Origin: Octopus sinensis
Taxonomy: Eukaryota
Length of the DNA stretch: 64,000 nucleotides
Direction of reading: 5' to 3'
NCBI RefSeq assembly: GCF_006345805.1
Contig: NC_043000.1
Location: 68,200,001 to 68,264,000, forward strand
This document shows, piece by piece, positions 25,017-38,285 of the stretch. Made by a program: the position numbers and the translations under genes. The notes below the pieces were generated by a model. The model worked only from the letters and a program-made list of their open reading frames with translations, did not search any database and had not been told where the DNA came from. Every line of letters begins with the position of its first letter. Position 1 is the stretch's first letter.

Positions 25017-25529
25017 GTAAGTTATGTTCACTTCCAAAACAGTTACTGCAAATACTTTTCTTTTACTATAAATGATTTTAAAACAAACCAGCTTGAAGTG
25101 TTATACTCGTGTGTTACATAATTTTATCTGTTACTGTGTAGGTTAATGAAAAACTTATCGTAATTTTTAATGTGTAAACTGCATTTGTCGGAGGTGACCA
25201 ATCGCTCTCCTCTCAGCATAGTAGTATATACGAACAGCGAAAAAAAATTGTCTTTTATTTTTGTCTTGAAAATAGACAGCAACCACTTTACAAAAGTATC
25301 TGTGTCATATCTTACTGTTGCATTATGTTTCATTCTTTTCATTCCTTTTAATTTTATGTTCCGAGTTTAATTCATAAAGATGTCTATTTTACTTTTCATT
25401 CTTTCGGGGGTCAGTAAAATAATTACCAGTTATAACCGACTATCTCCTCTTCAAGATAAGTCAATATGGTCGATCACCCGTCTAATCACTGAAACGTCAA
25501 GCAATTGACGTGTATAAATAGTAATAACA

Positions 25530-27410
25530 ATAACAGTAAAATGACATTTCATAAACATATTCCTTAAATGACCTCGGTGAGTGAAACGTAGACCATTATT
25601 TCTGATGTAAGGCAGCAATATAGGGAAGTCCTTGAAGCATAACAACGGTAGTTCACTTGTCATCCCGGTAGAGATGTGACCCTGCTGCTGACATTCATCC
25701 AGGTCTGTAATGATTCTTTCATGCAACTGTGTAAAATTCTTCAGCCAATAACCTTGTACTCCATCTGGGCCAGGCCCTTTCCAATCTGCTATTTTTAAAA
25801 ACTTCAATCTCATTAAATATAGATCAATTCTGATGACTTTTTCTCTATGTATAGTTGCAAGTTGTCTCTCCACCTGTGTTAGCCATTCTGCTCTTACTTT
25901 ATGTCTCACTAACCTGTTCCAAAGTTCTCCCTAAAATACTTGACGTTCTTCCGTATTAGGAATCACTTCTTGATGTTGCTGTCTCTCCTTTTCTACAAAA
26001 AGACGTACTCTGTTTGATTGAAGCAATCTATTCTGTTCAAAACTTTTGCATCTAGCATCATATCTTTAACGCTGCCACCATTTGTGACAAATTTTCAGGT
26101 GCAGTTTGCTTTCCCCTTTCTTCTAACCTGCACTAAGCATTCAATATTCCGATTACTATCTCATTCTTGAGTTCTCTCATTATCCTATTCAATTGCCCCA
26201 GTTCTTTCCGTGTTTTTTCCGACTTCCTTCGTATTTTCTTCCTTCAGTTTGGTTCTTTCTTTTCTTTCTCCTTCTTTTCTTCAACAGGTTTCTGCTTGCA
26301 TCCTATTATGTCAGCTACAACATTAGCAGCAACTATGATCAGATGGTTTCTTTCACTAATATTCTCCATTAGGATCTTTTCTGTTTGGTTGAACCTGTGG
26401 AAATTTTAAATTTTAGCGAAAATTTTAAAATTTGGTGTATTAAATGTAATTTTCCACGCTGAGTCTCAAAGGATAATTCAGTTTTTCCGAAAAATTTTTA
26501 AAAAATGGTTACAGAGGTTTAAAGTTTGATAATTTTCATCCAGTCGGGAAACAAGATTTGGAAGTATGATTTTGTGCGTGACTGCACGTAGACAAATTGT
26601 AGACAAATACTGGCGGAATTTTGCCTTACGTACAACATATAACCCTCATGACTTTTATATCTTTTGGAATTTTTAGAAAATTTTTGCAAATTTGTATTCT
26701 ACACACGGAAATTCATAAGAATATGCACCCACCAATTTTTTGGTACGTGATTTAAGGTTTATTTAGGTATTAAGTATGTACTAAGCGAAAAATGACCACG
26801 TGGGTAAGCAGCTTGGTAACAACTTGGCTTGTAACTATGGAAACAGGCACCTATATGTCTGTGGCTTGCGACTGACTAAAATAACCCAAAATTTGGAAAC
26901 TTTGAAAGCTATTAACTCTTTATTTATCGATTTATGGCGGAAATGAATGTCATGCCAATGATTACCATACAAGCCTATATCAAGAAATTGAAAAGTGGCA
27001 GCCAAACATAAAAGATCCTTCTATTTTAACCAAACTCAATTCGCCATTTACTTTGTCTATGGCTTACCTTACTTTTACTCAGTCCAGATACCTTGTATTT
27101 GGTAGTATTTCATTGTTCCCAACACACATCTACATTGCAGCATTTGTAGAATCTCCTTCTTTTCATCGTTCAAGTGTTGTATAGCATTTACTGTCACTTG
27201 TTCAGCGATATCGTCTTCACTACTTACTCTAACAATATTCTCAGACATATAGAAATTGCCTTCTTTTTCATTTTCTTCATTTCTTATCCCTTCATTACCA
27301 CTTTCTGTTACTGTTTCACAAATTTCATTTTCTTTTTTTTTTTATTCTTATCTGATTTTCTTCAACCTCTAATCCTGTAATCCAGTCGTTCATACGAATT
27401 GCCCTTGCCT
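25530..27410 (-). pseudogene. R4/Dong-like LINE ORF, N-terminal part, interrupted by an unrelated ~650-bp repeat (about 26400-27060)
   Basis: WKGPGPDGVQGYWLKNFTQLHERI (25451-25909) and KEPNWRKKIRR..RKELGQL upstream. Confidence 0.7.
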
Positions 27411-27479
27411 GGTCATTATTGCTTGATGTAACACATTTACCTTAATATTTTGTATCAATATTACTATTACTCTAGTTTA

Positions 27480-27506
27480 CTAGCTGGACCCGTGAAAACT
27501 TCACGG
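27480..27506 (-). mobile_element. Helitron-like 3' terminus (hairpin plus CTAG|T)
   Basis: Minus strand CCGTGAAgttTTCACGG-gtccag-CTAG|T. Confidence 0.45.
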
Positions 27507-27739
27507 AAAACATATAAAATGTAAGCATCTGTAAATTGTGTGTTGGTGCCATGAGAAATGTTTCTATATTGTGACACTTACAGAAAATAGAAAGAAGTGT
27601 AATACCAATGACTATATAATCCAACCAAAATATCTCGGTTACGCAAACGTAAACAGAATTACTATTTAGCCTTAAAGTACATCATACATATTCAAAGGAC
27701 TTTCTTGGTTTAATGGTATAGAACGTTCTTTTGGCATTC

Positions 27740-27929
27740 TTTTATTCTTTTACTTGTTTATGTCATTTGACTGTGGCCATGCTGGAGCACCGCCCCTTAG
27801 TCGAAGAAATCGACCTCTGGACATATTCTCTGTAAGCCTGGTGCTTTTTATCTCAGTCTCTTCTGCTGAACAGCTAAGTTACGGAGACGCAAACACACCA
27901 ACATTGGTTGTCAAGTAATGATGGTGGTG

Positions 27930-27999
<70 letters not shown>

Positions 28000-28080
28000 G
28001 ATGGGTTTTTTTCAGTTTTCATTGACGAAATCCACTCAGGAGTCTTTGGTTGGCCCAAGGCTATAAAGAGAAGACACTGT
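27740..28080 (-). repeat. SINE family B, decayed, with internal (CA)n
   Basis: Tail tcatttgactgtggccatgctggagcacc and body ccactca..ctttggt.ggccc.aggctata. Confidence 0.7.
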
Positions 28081-28594
28081 TTAAAGTATAGAGTTGAATT
28101 TCGTGTAGCCACCTGTTGGCAACTTTTCTCCCTACCTATTTTGTAGGGGGTATTACCCATTTTTCTGGGCTCTTTCCACAGTGATATCCTGTTCGAAATT
28201 TTCATTAGATTTTGTATGAAAAAAAAAAAGGAAGCGAGTGGGGCTTGTTTGTAGTTTGTAAAGGAAACGTTAAACGTGCCTGAAAATAAACATTGTCTTT
28301 CTCCCCAACTAAAAGACATGAAGAACTATGAAAGAAGGCGAATACGTACCGGGGCTGGGGGAAGGAAGACAGAACTAACATTCGATCGTTCTAGAACTCC
28401 CAGAATGAAAACCTAAACACTTGAAAGACTTTCCCTCTATTCCTTACTAAATGTCTTTCCCTCTTCTTCATTGTTAAAAGTAAAGAAGCTAGAAAAGATC
28501 GATCGTATTTCAGTCTAATTGTCATTTTGAATGACTGATGCTTTCCTTTTTCTGTCTCTATCGCTTCACTCCTTTTCTCTACGGTCAAGAGAGT

Positions 28595-28916
28595 GAAGGT
28601 GTGTAGCTCAGTGGTTAGGAATATACAGCCCGCGATCGTAAAGCCATGAGTATGATTCTCTGCGGCGCGCTGTGTTCTTGAGCAAGGTACTGTACTTCGC
28701 CTTGCTGCAGTCCACTCAGCTGGCAAAAATGAGTTGTAGTTATAATTCAAAGGAGCCAGCCTTATCACATTCTGTGTGAAGCTGAATCTCCAAGAGAACT
28801 ACGTTTTGGTATACATGTCTGTGGAGTACTCAGTCACTTACGCGTTCATTTTACGAGCAGACTCTTCCGTTGATCAGAAAAACAGGGACCTCGTCGTCGT
28901 AAGCGACGGAGTACCA
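28595..28916 (+). repeat. SINE family C (tRNA head, (c)ttgagcaag central segment)
   Basis: gtagctcagtggttagg head. Homologous to 41478-41803. Confidence 0.7.
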
Positions 28917-29149
28917 TTTTAAAAAAGAGTGAAAGAAAAGGAAATGTTCCATATCGTAAAGCAAAAATGTCCTCTGTTTGGTATAAGCAGTGAAAGCTAA
29001 GACGAAATAATTGCTATTCCGTCGTGTAGTGACATCGCTCTGGACTCACACTCAGTTTGATAACAACAGCCTGCGCATCGGTGCTTACCTGGGGGTTTAG
29101 CCTCCTGATCTGTGTGACTCACAAATGCCGCTTTTAGGGCCGGATTAAC

Positions 29150-30080
29150 ACTCATAGTGACCCTAACGACTAAAAAGATTTTCCTATGAAATTGATCATG
29201 CATTCTTTTTTTACCCACCTATTTTTAGTTTCATTCGTTTTCAATTTCTTGTAAAGTGCTTTATCTTTGCAATCTTTCATCCTACACAAGCCTGACCTTC
29301 TTACTTCTAATAATAGCGGTTCTGTGGCATTATTTACATACCATGCTATGTTGTTTTCTTTTGCTCTAATTCTGTCCTCTTCTCCCTCTTTTTCTTGGTA
29401 CATGCAGTCTGTCTGTGTTACTTTTTGGGTAGAGTGACCTATATCTAGTTAGCAACTTCCTTGTCTTTCTGTCTAAGCTGTTTAGTTCGTCTACTGTCCA
29501 TGCGATTACCCCTGCTCCATATCTAAGGAGTGAAACCGCCCAGGTGTTGATAGCTTCGATCTTATTCCGTCCGTTTAATTTCGACTTAATGATCAGTCTC
29601 AGTCTCAGTCTGCGCAAGTACTCCACCTAAATTTTTCTGTTATTTCTTTCTCCATCAATTTATCCATTTCCAAAATCCCCAAGTACTCATAGCCCGTCTC
29701 TTCTATCTGCTACACAACCTCCCCCAACGGATCGTTAGCCTCTTCATACATTTGATTTTGCCTCTCTTCAATACTAACACACAACACTTTCTCAGTCCGA
29801 ACTCTATATCAGCACTAAAGGTATACACCGTATCGAGAAAACTGACTTGGGCTTCATCTTTAGCATAAAGTTTGAGGTCATCCACAAATAACAAATGGTT
29901 GACTTTTTGTTGGCGGCTATTTAATACATATTTATATTTCATATTATAAAATAAGCTCATGGTATCACCTGCGCTTAATGCAGGTAATAGTTTTACGAGC
30001 AACTACTATCTGTATTATTTACTCTTTGGCCATTCCATTCTTTGCTATCAAAAACCTCCTTACAACTCCTTGTCTTCCTT
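29150..30080 (-). pseudogene. R4/Dong-like LINE RT core and C-terminal fragment
   Basis: NHLLFVDDLKLYAK (29703-30002) and SKLNGRNKIEAINTWAVSLLRYGAG..DRKTRK..DRLHVPRKRG (29366-29626). Confidence 0.8.
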
Positions 30081-30198
30081 CTTGACATATATATGCCTAT
30101 AGTATGTTACGTTTATATGAATTAAATGATTGAATGAAAGTTAATAAATAAATAAACAAACATATTCAATTTCAGTAATTCCTGACCCTGTCACTTAG

Positions 30199-30288
30199 TT
30201 TCAAGATACTGCAGCAGTAAAGAAATCGATGTTGTTGTTAATGATATGAACGAGAATTTGCAGAAGAAAGATGGTGATGGAAGAGGAC
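30199..30288 (+). CDS. Weak candidate 90-nt phase 1-1 exon
   Basis: CTGAC branch, cctgtcacttAG acceptor, open frame SRYCSSKEIDVVVNDMNENLQKKDGDGRG. The donor GTGTGT is weak. Confidence 0.2.
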
Positions 30289-30850
30289 GTGTGTATTTGT
30301 CAAAGATCAGATGTATTTAGATGTTTGTGTTTTCTCTCGAACCCTGTGAATATAAAAAGAATCTCCGGTCTATGTAATTCTGCACACATCTATATGTGGG
30401 AGTATCTGCTCATGAGCATTAATTGAAACAGTTATATTTGTACAAGAATTTTTCATATTTATATTGATCTTTTGGTGGCAACCATGGTGGAGTTTTCTTT
30501 TCTATGTAGTGTAAAGTCTAATGTAAAACATAAATAAAATAATGAGTAAAAACCACTACCCTTTACTTTCTTCACATTAACATTCCTCTTACCATTCACT
30601 TTCATATTATTAAGATTTTGTTAAAAATATTTCTCCTGTTATTTTTTCGTAGGTTTACTCAGCGTAATGATATAAGAAAATACGCAAAGTATTTTCATTC
30701 TCATATTATCATTTGCGTAACAGGTTTCATTAATCTCGCTCATGCAAAGATTCGCGCCGGGAATATAATTTATATTCCCAGTGTACGTGCAATAAATTTA
30801 GGATTAAATCAATGTAAATGATCAAGCGGTAAATTTGGAAGGGTGTAAGG

Positions 30851-31206
30851 CAGTGGTTCTCAACCGGGGTCCATATGGCCCCTGAGGTTCCATATAAGAT
30901 TTTTGGGGATCCCTGCAACAAAATAGTAAACTGGTGATCCACAATCGTATTTTAAGGGCCCCTGAAAAAATTTTGCATTAGATGAATATTTAGGTATATA
31001 TTGCAAAAACTAGCTAGGTTTCTTTCTCTAGCATTTTACATAATTCAACCTACACATGTCAATGTGTGGAAAACAAAATAAGAGAGTTTTGAAAGAAGTT
31101 TCTATGAAACTAGTTTTTAAACATCAAATAACTATGGGGGTCCACCCGACTAAAATAGTATTTCAAAGGGGTCCATAGACATAAAAAGTATGGTTGAGAA
31201 TCCCTG
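30851..31206 (+). mobile_element. hAT MITE with 8-bp TSD
   Basis: TIRs CAGTGGTTCTCAACC / GGTTGAGAATCCCTG. TSD GTGTAAGG (30843-50) / GTATAAGG (31207-14). Confidence 0.85.
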
Positions 31207-32498
31207 GTATAAGGATATAAATTAAGGTTCTTTTGGTGTCTATCTAGTGGAATTAACTGTGCAGTAACAGCCACTTTAAGCTGAATTAATTAAAGACTTT
31301 AAAGGTTACACCCCTTTGGTACATTTTAGTCATGTTGAGGATACCACGAGTAGGGAAGAAAGTTGAGACAGGAAAGCGATCGAATTAAATGAAATCTAAA
31401 ACATTTATTGTTGTGCTTTTCAGTTACGACTTCTTAAATCACCGAGGGCAATATGACATTTCAGCTCTCGACTCAATAAAATATATACTAGTAATATATA
31501 GAATTAATTCAGCTGACTTTACACTTTCTCCACGAAAAATACTTCGTCTTTTTATGAAAATTGATGATAATAACTTGAAGCTTCCGTGGGAGATTGCAGA
31601 TGTCGAATCTTAAAATGCGTGTTGATACTTTGTACATTCAAGGATCTATTAATATTCGAAATGGTCAATAAGTGAGGATGTGATGTAATTTTACTTCCTT
31701 GGAATATAGTGTTTACATTTTGATGCTGTTAATCGTAATCGAACTGACAGAGAAGTTAAACGGTTGATTTAAGTTTTTGAACGAGCTGATATTATTGGCA
31801 CTGAACAAGATGTTGGATTCGGATTCAAAGAAGCACTAATTGTATTAGTAAATAAAATGTAATGTAAATTAATTGCTCTTTGTGTCAAAATTATTATGAG
31901 AATTTGTACCATGAAATCAATTTATTTCTCTCTACAAAGCCTAACTTGTCTTTATACTGTGATGGTGACATAGTGAAGTAGGTGTAGACACATGGATCTG
32001 TGTTTAGTATATCGAACATACAGATCATGAATCTCTGTTCTATTTGCAAGAGAAGTTTGCGATGGCTGAGTTAGTGTAGTTTCAACTTCTTAGCAAATCC
32101 CCGTGACTTCGTATTCTGGCACTACATTGTATTTTTGGATGAAGTACTAAATTCTTTATGCATGATTTATGTAGCAAAAAGTTATTTAAAGTAAATCGAT
32201 AGAACACAACATAGCTCTTTTCGCCGAAATTTGCAATACGGCACAGTTCAGTTTCTAAACCGACTCAGCAGATCTGTTATGAATTAACAACCTGATTCAA
32301 ATCTAGGATTTACTGCTTTCACGCAGTTTTATTAAAATTAAAAATAAATATAATGTGAAGGATAATTTGCTTTTTGCAGAAAGAAAAGTTGAACATTGGT
32401 AACGAAGATCAAATTTACTCTTCACTGTATAATGGAAGGCAAGGTTTACGATATCGAGAAAATATCGCCTTCTCCCATTATATCTTTTTTTCGTGTAG

Positions 32499-32567
32499 TT
32501 CAGGCTCCGGCAGACGAAGAAAGAAGTCTTAAAGCACAAATGCTTATTTACAAGTTTCACAGAACAG
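32499..32567 (+). CDS. Candidate 69-nt phase 1-1 exon
   Basis: TCTTTTTTTCGTGTAG acceptor and CAG|GTGAAG donor. Reads (L)QAPADEERSLKAQMLIYKFHRT, in phase with the 24945-25016 exon. Confidence 0.35.
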
Positions 32568-33399
32568 GTGAAGTGCGTTGCTCTCAGCAAGCATCTCGAG
32601 CTGTGTGCGTGGTGTTGTATCTCCATTAACGCGAGCACATTACCTCTGGAGGTACAACATGTAGACGGGCCAAGCCAGTGAAGCGTGCTCAGCAAGCGTT
32701 ACTGCGGAGGAGCGAAGAGAGAAAATGTTTCTGTTTTGCCCTTATATACAGTTTGCCATCGCGAGCCTCGTTGTGATCTCGCACATGGCAAATGGATGCA
32801 GGTGAGGTCTCGCTCCAGTGTCAGAGATGGCAATAGCTGCCACGAGATCTCATCCAATATGGCGTTGACTGCTTGTGCCGCTACAACTGCACACTCTCAT
32901 GCTCATTCCGAGCAAAGTGTATTTGGGAGTTGTCTCCCTTCCTTATCATTTTCCTTCTTCCACCCTTTTTCAGTGTTTGGCGATTAGCAAACCTGAACAT
33001 TTTTCGAATCACCAGAGCACGGAGAAATTGAAGACCAATATACACCTGCAACACTATCATTTTGGAATTTGGATATGGTCACCTCAGAATACATATTTTG
33101 TGCAATCTCATTTTTTAGTCGATCTGAAAACTTATTTATGCCAATCCTATATTTTCTGGGTCAGAGAATTAATAAAGGCCACAGAACAGTGCTTACGACT
33201 ATAGAAAACTAAGAAACCAATAAATCATTGTGTTTATATTCGCAACATAAGAGTGTTATATAAAACATGTTGCAAGTCTTTTGAAGTTATAGGTATAGAT
33301 TTATGAAGCAAGGAAGCCGTCTTGTCATAGGTTTGAACTATAAGTTATATCAGCAGAATTTACAAGACCTGTATCACTCAAGAATATGTTTTTACGCAA

Positions 33400-34000
33400 C
33401 TTTATCATTGTTCTGGGCGTGACAATCCGCGTCACTTTTGCTGTTACTTCACACAAACTGTGTCTTTTGTATGATCATACTTATATGGCGTTAGGTAGTG
33501 TGTCATCAAGGTCACTTTGATAATAATCATGTGTGAAAATGTTGTTCATCAAAGTGGCTTAGCTTCACACTCTACTTAAGATACACACACATTCAATGTG
33601 CTCCTCAAGAGCACCAACTGAAGGTGGGAAGTTGCTCCTTTCCACCAGATGTTTGCAAAACAGATATCACCTTAAATCAGGAATACTTGTTATATAGATG
33701 TCATTTGCACATTAAGCATGCAAAGTTGCTCAATGAACCTTTCATCTCCTGGGTTAGATTAACTTCTTTTGTCACTTCTGTTTGTGCTGAGATGAAGTCC
33801 TAGTCAACCTTCATGTACTGTTGAAACGATTGTTTTTTGTCTACTCCAGGGGATTTCCCAACGCTGCATCAATGAATGCCCAGAATGCCAGTAACACCGA
33901 TCCTTTGTTTTCTTCCAGCACACTTCGTTTTCCAACGTATCTCAAGTCATACATAACATAGTATGCTTGCAGAGTTTGTTGTAATGCGCAGCAGTCAAAA
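33400..34000 (-). pseudogene. Decayed DNA-transposon ORF, Academ-like (XPG-like region)
   Basis: Frameshifted minus reading VLLAFWAF..GK..GVDKKQSFQQYMK..ITSIPDLR*YLFCKHL..PPSVGALEEHIE, resembling the LPPTxxALxxHIxR motif. Family label is inference. Confidence 0.45.
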
Positions 34001-34971
34001 CTCAGATATCGGTATATGGGCTGAAGTACTCAGGATGGCATTGCTCTTCAGCTGCTGCCAAGCAGATCAAAAGTGTATCAGTTTCTTCATTATGTTATCT
34101 TCAAACTACATATTATGATTGCTTCTTATGTGACCTGTTGCTAATAATGTGATGACTCATTTTTGAAGTGTGTGTTATTTTTGAGTACTACTTGCACAAA
34201 ATATTCCGTTAAACCGGTTTTTGTCTTTTGGTGAGATTTACTTTGTGTTTGTTTGCGTCGTCAGCAATCTGATGCTGAATAAGATTTGCCTTGTAATCGT
34301 TTCTCTCTTGTTTTCTACTTTGATGAAATAGATTTGTAAGTGTCAAAGATCAATAGAAACTCGTCAAAATCTATGTCTTTAGATTGTTGTCCAAGATCGG
34401 TGTCAGTGCTTATTGTCCGAAGTTTCTTTGCGATCTTTTGGACAAGCACCATTTACAATGGCAATTTTTGGACTATCAGAAGGTGATGAAAATGCTTCTG
34501 CTTCACCAATAAGATTCCAACCATATATAATTTTGCTCATTTTCAAAGTTTTAAACATAGTTAAGCTGAATAGGATATGATTTTGATTAATTAAATATTT
34601 TTTGGCACGATACATTAAATATGTTAAATCCCCACTTAACTACAAAGTATTAGACCAGTAATAAGTGAGATTAATTTCAAGATTGCTTTAATATATAGAT
34701 AAATTTTAGTCTAGAAATTAAAAAAAAAAAAACACAACAGAAAAACATTCAGCTGGCAAGTACTTCGTTTCTTAACCCCTCGCCTACGCCTTTGGATTAT
34801 TAAATATTATACCATGCAATGTAGCAAAAAGAAAAATATGTAGAAACTCATTCCTCTTTTTTTCAAGCACTATAAAAAGCAATACATACATACATACATA
34901 CATACATACATACATACATACATAATACATACATACATACATACATGCATGCATATATATATATATATTAT

Positions 34972-35062
<91 letters not shown>

Positions 35063-35064
<2 letters not shown>

Positions 35065-35484
35065 CGCAGGAGTGGCTGTGTGGGAAGTAGCTTGCTAACC
35101 AACCACATGGTTCTGGGTTCAGTCCCACTGCGTGGCATCTTGGACAAGTGTCTTCTGCTATAGCCCCGGGCCGACCAATGCCTTGTGAGTGGATTTGGTA
35201 GGCGGAAACTGAAAGAAGCCTGTCGTATATATGTATATATATATATGTGTGTGTGTGTGTTTGTGTGTCTGTGTTTGTCCCCCTAGCATTGCTTGACAAC
35301 CGATGCTGGTGTGTTTACGTCCCCGTTACTTAGCGGTTCGGCAAAAGAGACCGATAGAATAAGTACTGGGCTTCCAAAGAATAAGTCCCGGGGTCGAGTT
35401 GCTCGACTAAAAGTGGTGCTCCAGCATGGCCGCAGTCAAATGACTGAAACAAGTAAAAGAGTAAAAGAGTAAAGAGTAAAGAGT
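35063..35484 (+). repeat. SINE family B, full-length
   Basis: GGCGCAGGAGTGGCTGTGTGG head, GGGTTCAGTCCC B-box-like, CTTGGACAAGTG CORE-like segment, internal (TA)(TG), (GTAAAAGA)n tail. Confidence 0.85.
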
Positions 35485-35519
35485 ATGTGCTTTTCGCTGA
35501 GACTTTTTAGGGGGCAACC

Positions 35520-36480
35520 AGATCGGACCGTCTCAAGTGTAACTGCCTGAAACGGTCGTGACTTTTTTCCTTATCGTTTTCTCTCTCTTTTTTTTTTTAA
35601 ATAAAACAATTTTACTTACTTTTATCCTTTTTCTAGTATTTCATAAAAGGTTCGAGATCTTTCAGTTCTACTACTGGTGGCAATTCATCGAATTCCACCG
35701 CTACTCCTGGCGGATCAATTCCCCTTCCAACACATATCTCTCAGCCTGTTGTATTTCTCCCTGTCGACCACAATGGCCTTCACATGCTCCGAATACACGT
35801 CTGTAGGCAGCTTCACCCTTATTATAGACTTAAATTTCATTATTTTCCATTCTGTTTCTTTGTTTTTCGCATATGTCACAAAATTCCATTGATATTTTTG
35901 GAGCTTTCTTACTTGCTTTCCCCTTTCCTACTCCACTGCTGGTACCTTTTCTCTTCCCTCCTCCACTCTGAATAAGCTCTCCATTTCACCCTCGTATTAT
36001 TGTTCTCCTGAAACCTCCTCCTCTACTGGTAAACCATTGTTTTGCTGCTGTCTCCTCCTTCTGCAACTCCTCCTCGAGCTCCTTTTCGAGTTCCTTTTCG
36101 ATCTCCTTGTCAACCACCATTCTATCTTCCTTTCTTCACAACCTCTTTCTCTACCGTTTCCTTCTTCTTTTACTGCCTCTCTGGCGGAGGCTTACTCTAT
36201 CACTTCTCTTTCTTTTTTTACTACCGTAAATTCTTCCCCCGTTCTTGTCTCCTTTACCTCGATTTGTACCACTTGGTCTGCACTCTCTTGCTTCTCAGTC
36301 TGTTCTATCTGTTGTTCTCTCTGAGGGCACCTCGCCTTCATGTGGCCTTTTTCTCCACATGTGAAGCATATAGGCGGCGTACCTTCCACCACCACTCGCA
36401 GCCTTACGTCCTCAGACAGAACTATTTCTTCCGTGATTCTGCTTACGGAGTTCTTGTATTTATAACTATACAAAACTAGC
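35520..36480 (-). pseudogene. Retrotransposon ORF1/gag-like fragment with CCHC zinc knuckle
   Basis: ORF 36192-36473 contains CFTCGEKGHMKARC, followed by an E/K-rich tract with stops. Confidence 0.7.
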
Positions 36481-36984
36481 TAAAAAAAATAGGTGTATTA
36501 CAGAGAACAAAAGATATTCTTTGGGGGTCGACTGTTATCTCAATTCAACTTTCCACCGCATACAAAAGGTTAGAAGGGTCCGGTGGTAAATACATAAACC
36601 GGTTTGGCAAAGCCAAATGTTAAATGTAACTGCTATCACTATTGTTTTTTCTGTGAGTTAAGGGCTGTTGAAATGTTAAAGGAAATTGGCAGATTCAGAT
36701 TCGAATCTACTCTATGCCTAAACGAAGTCACAACAAAACTTTAGTGTTTTATCATTTAAAAATAATAGAATAACATAGAAATATTTTAAAACGTCAAAAT
36801 AAGTGCTCCAAACTCTTAATATAAACTGATAATTCAATTCTAAAACAATCACTGTCTACTCTTACGTTAAAGGTGTTCAGAATTTAAAGGATACGAACAT
36901 CTTTGCGCATATATTTTTTATAATTCATATCGAGGTTGATTCCTTGTCACTAATAATGCTGTTGCATCATTTCATGTCTTTCTA

Positions 36985-37372
36985 TTTTTCTCTTTTACAT
37001 GTCTCAATCATTTGACTGCGGCCATGCTGGAGCATCGCTTTGAAGGGTTTTAGCTGAACAAATCGAACCCAGAATTTATTCTTTGTAAGCCTGGTACTTA
37101 TTCTATCGGTCACTTTTGCGGAACCGCTAAGTTATGTGGATGTAAACACATCAACAGTTTTCAAGGGATGGCGGGGTGCCAACACAGACACACATAAATA
37201 TATACATATATATACGACGGGCTTCTTTCAACTTCCGTCTACAAGAACCACTCACAAGGTTTTGATCGGTCCGAGGCTAGAGTAGAAGACACTTGCCTAA
37301 GGTGCCACGTAGTGGGATTGAACCTGGAACCATGTAGCTGTGAAGTAAGTTTCTTACCACACAGCCACGTCT
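36985..37372 (-). repeat. SINE family B, near full-length
   Basis: Reverse complement of the 35063-35484 type. Confidence 0.85.
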
Positions 37373-38285
37373 TCTTTCTTTCTTTTAGTATCGCATTTTA
37401 AAAGATAATAACTAACGTTCAAAGCTAAATACGATGAAAAATAGAAATGTTCTAAAATGCTATTATATGATGGGATCTTTCTATCATCTGCTGACGCAGC
37501 TGTCTTTAAAACCGATTCTAGCTTAACTGAAGAACACTGATGATTTGAAAGACCGAAAAAAAACTTCCGTTGACACAAAAGGGTTAGGTTTTTAGATTAA
37601 ATGTAAGCAAAACATAACAACATTAGAAAAGAGATACATTTAATATAAGACGTCACAATATGTACATCATTTATATAATTAATATATTTAGAATGTGAGA
37701 CGTATTGGCACAGTCATTTTGGGGGCCGCCTATTAGGCGTCGCTGATTCGATGCTGACTTATTTGACATCAGACGTTTCAATGTTTCTATCGTTCTCTTT
37801 GTTTCTCTCTGTTTATGTGTATGAGCATATTTTTATGTGCATGAGAAGAGGGGAAGTGTTAATATCAATCATATTCCGCTGATAAATTGTGATGTCTCTG
37901 TTACTCTTCTCTTCTCTCACTCTTTCTATTTGTATGTGTATAGTTCTGTGCGCGCACGCGTATGCATGTTTGCCTTCAGTGCTAAAAAGTGCTGTCACCA
38001 AAACAGGTTCAATGTCCAGTCAACCCAATAGCTGCGCCCGATCGTCTCCTTCCGTATAATTCAAATGATTATTTTAAGATTTATTTCGACAACATGATGA
38101 GTAAATACAGTCGTGATATGAACAAAGATTTTGAAGTCATGCATACTAAGTCGTTTATTTGTATAAGCGTAATCTGCTCACTGAATCTACCATGATTACA
38201 TGCAGACAATTTTATAACCCTTACATATCTATGCTCTATATGGAATAAAGTCTCTGAGTTAATTCTGCTTTTATTGTTGTTGCCA

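Noticed and set aside
31560-31860. Protein-like stretch (FDAVNRNRTDREVKRLI*VFERADIIGTEQDVGFGFKEAL)
   Set aside because: Internal stop, no splice signals and no family recognised.
32380-32498. Upstream TTTTTGCAG acceptor for a longer exon
   Set aside because: All frames hit stops before the 32567 donor. The 32499 acceptor fits the phase instead.
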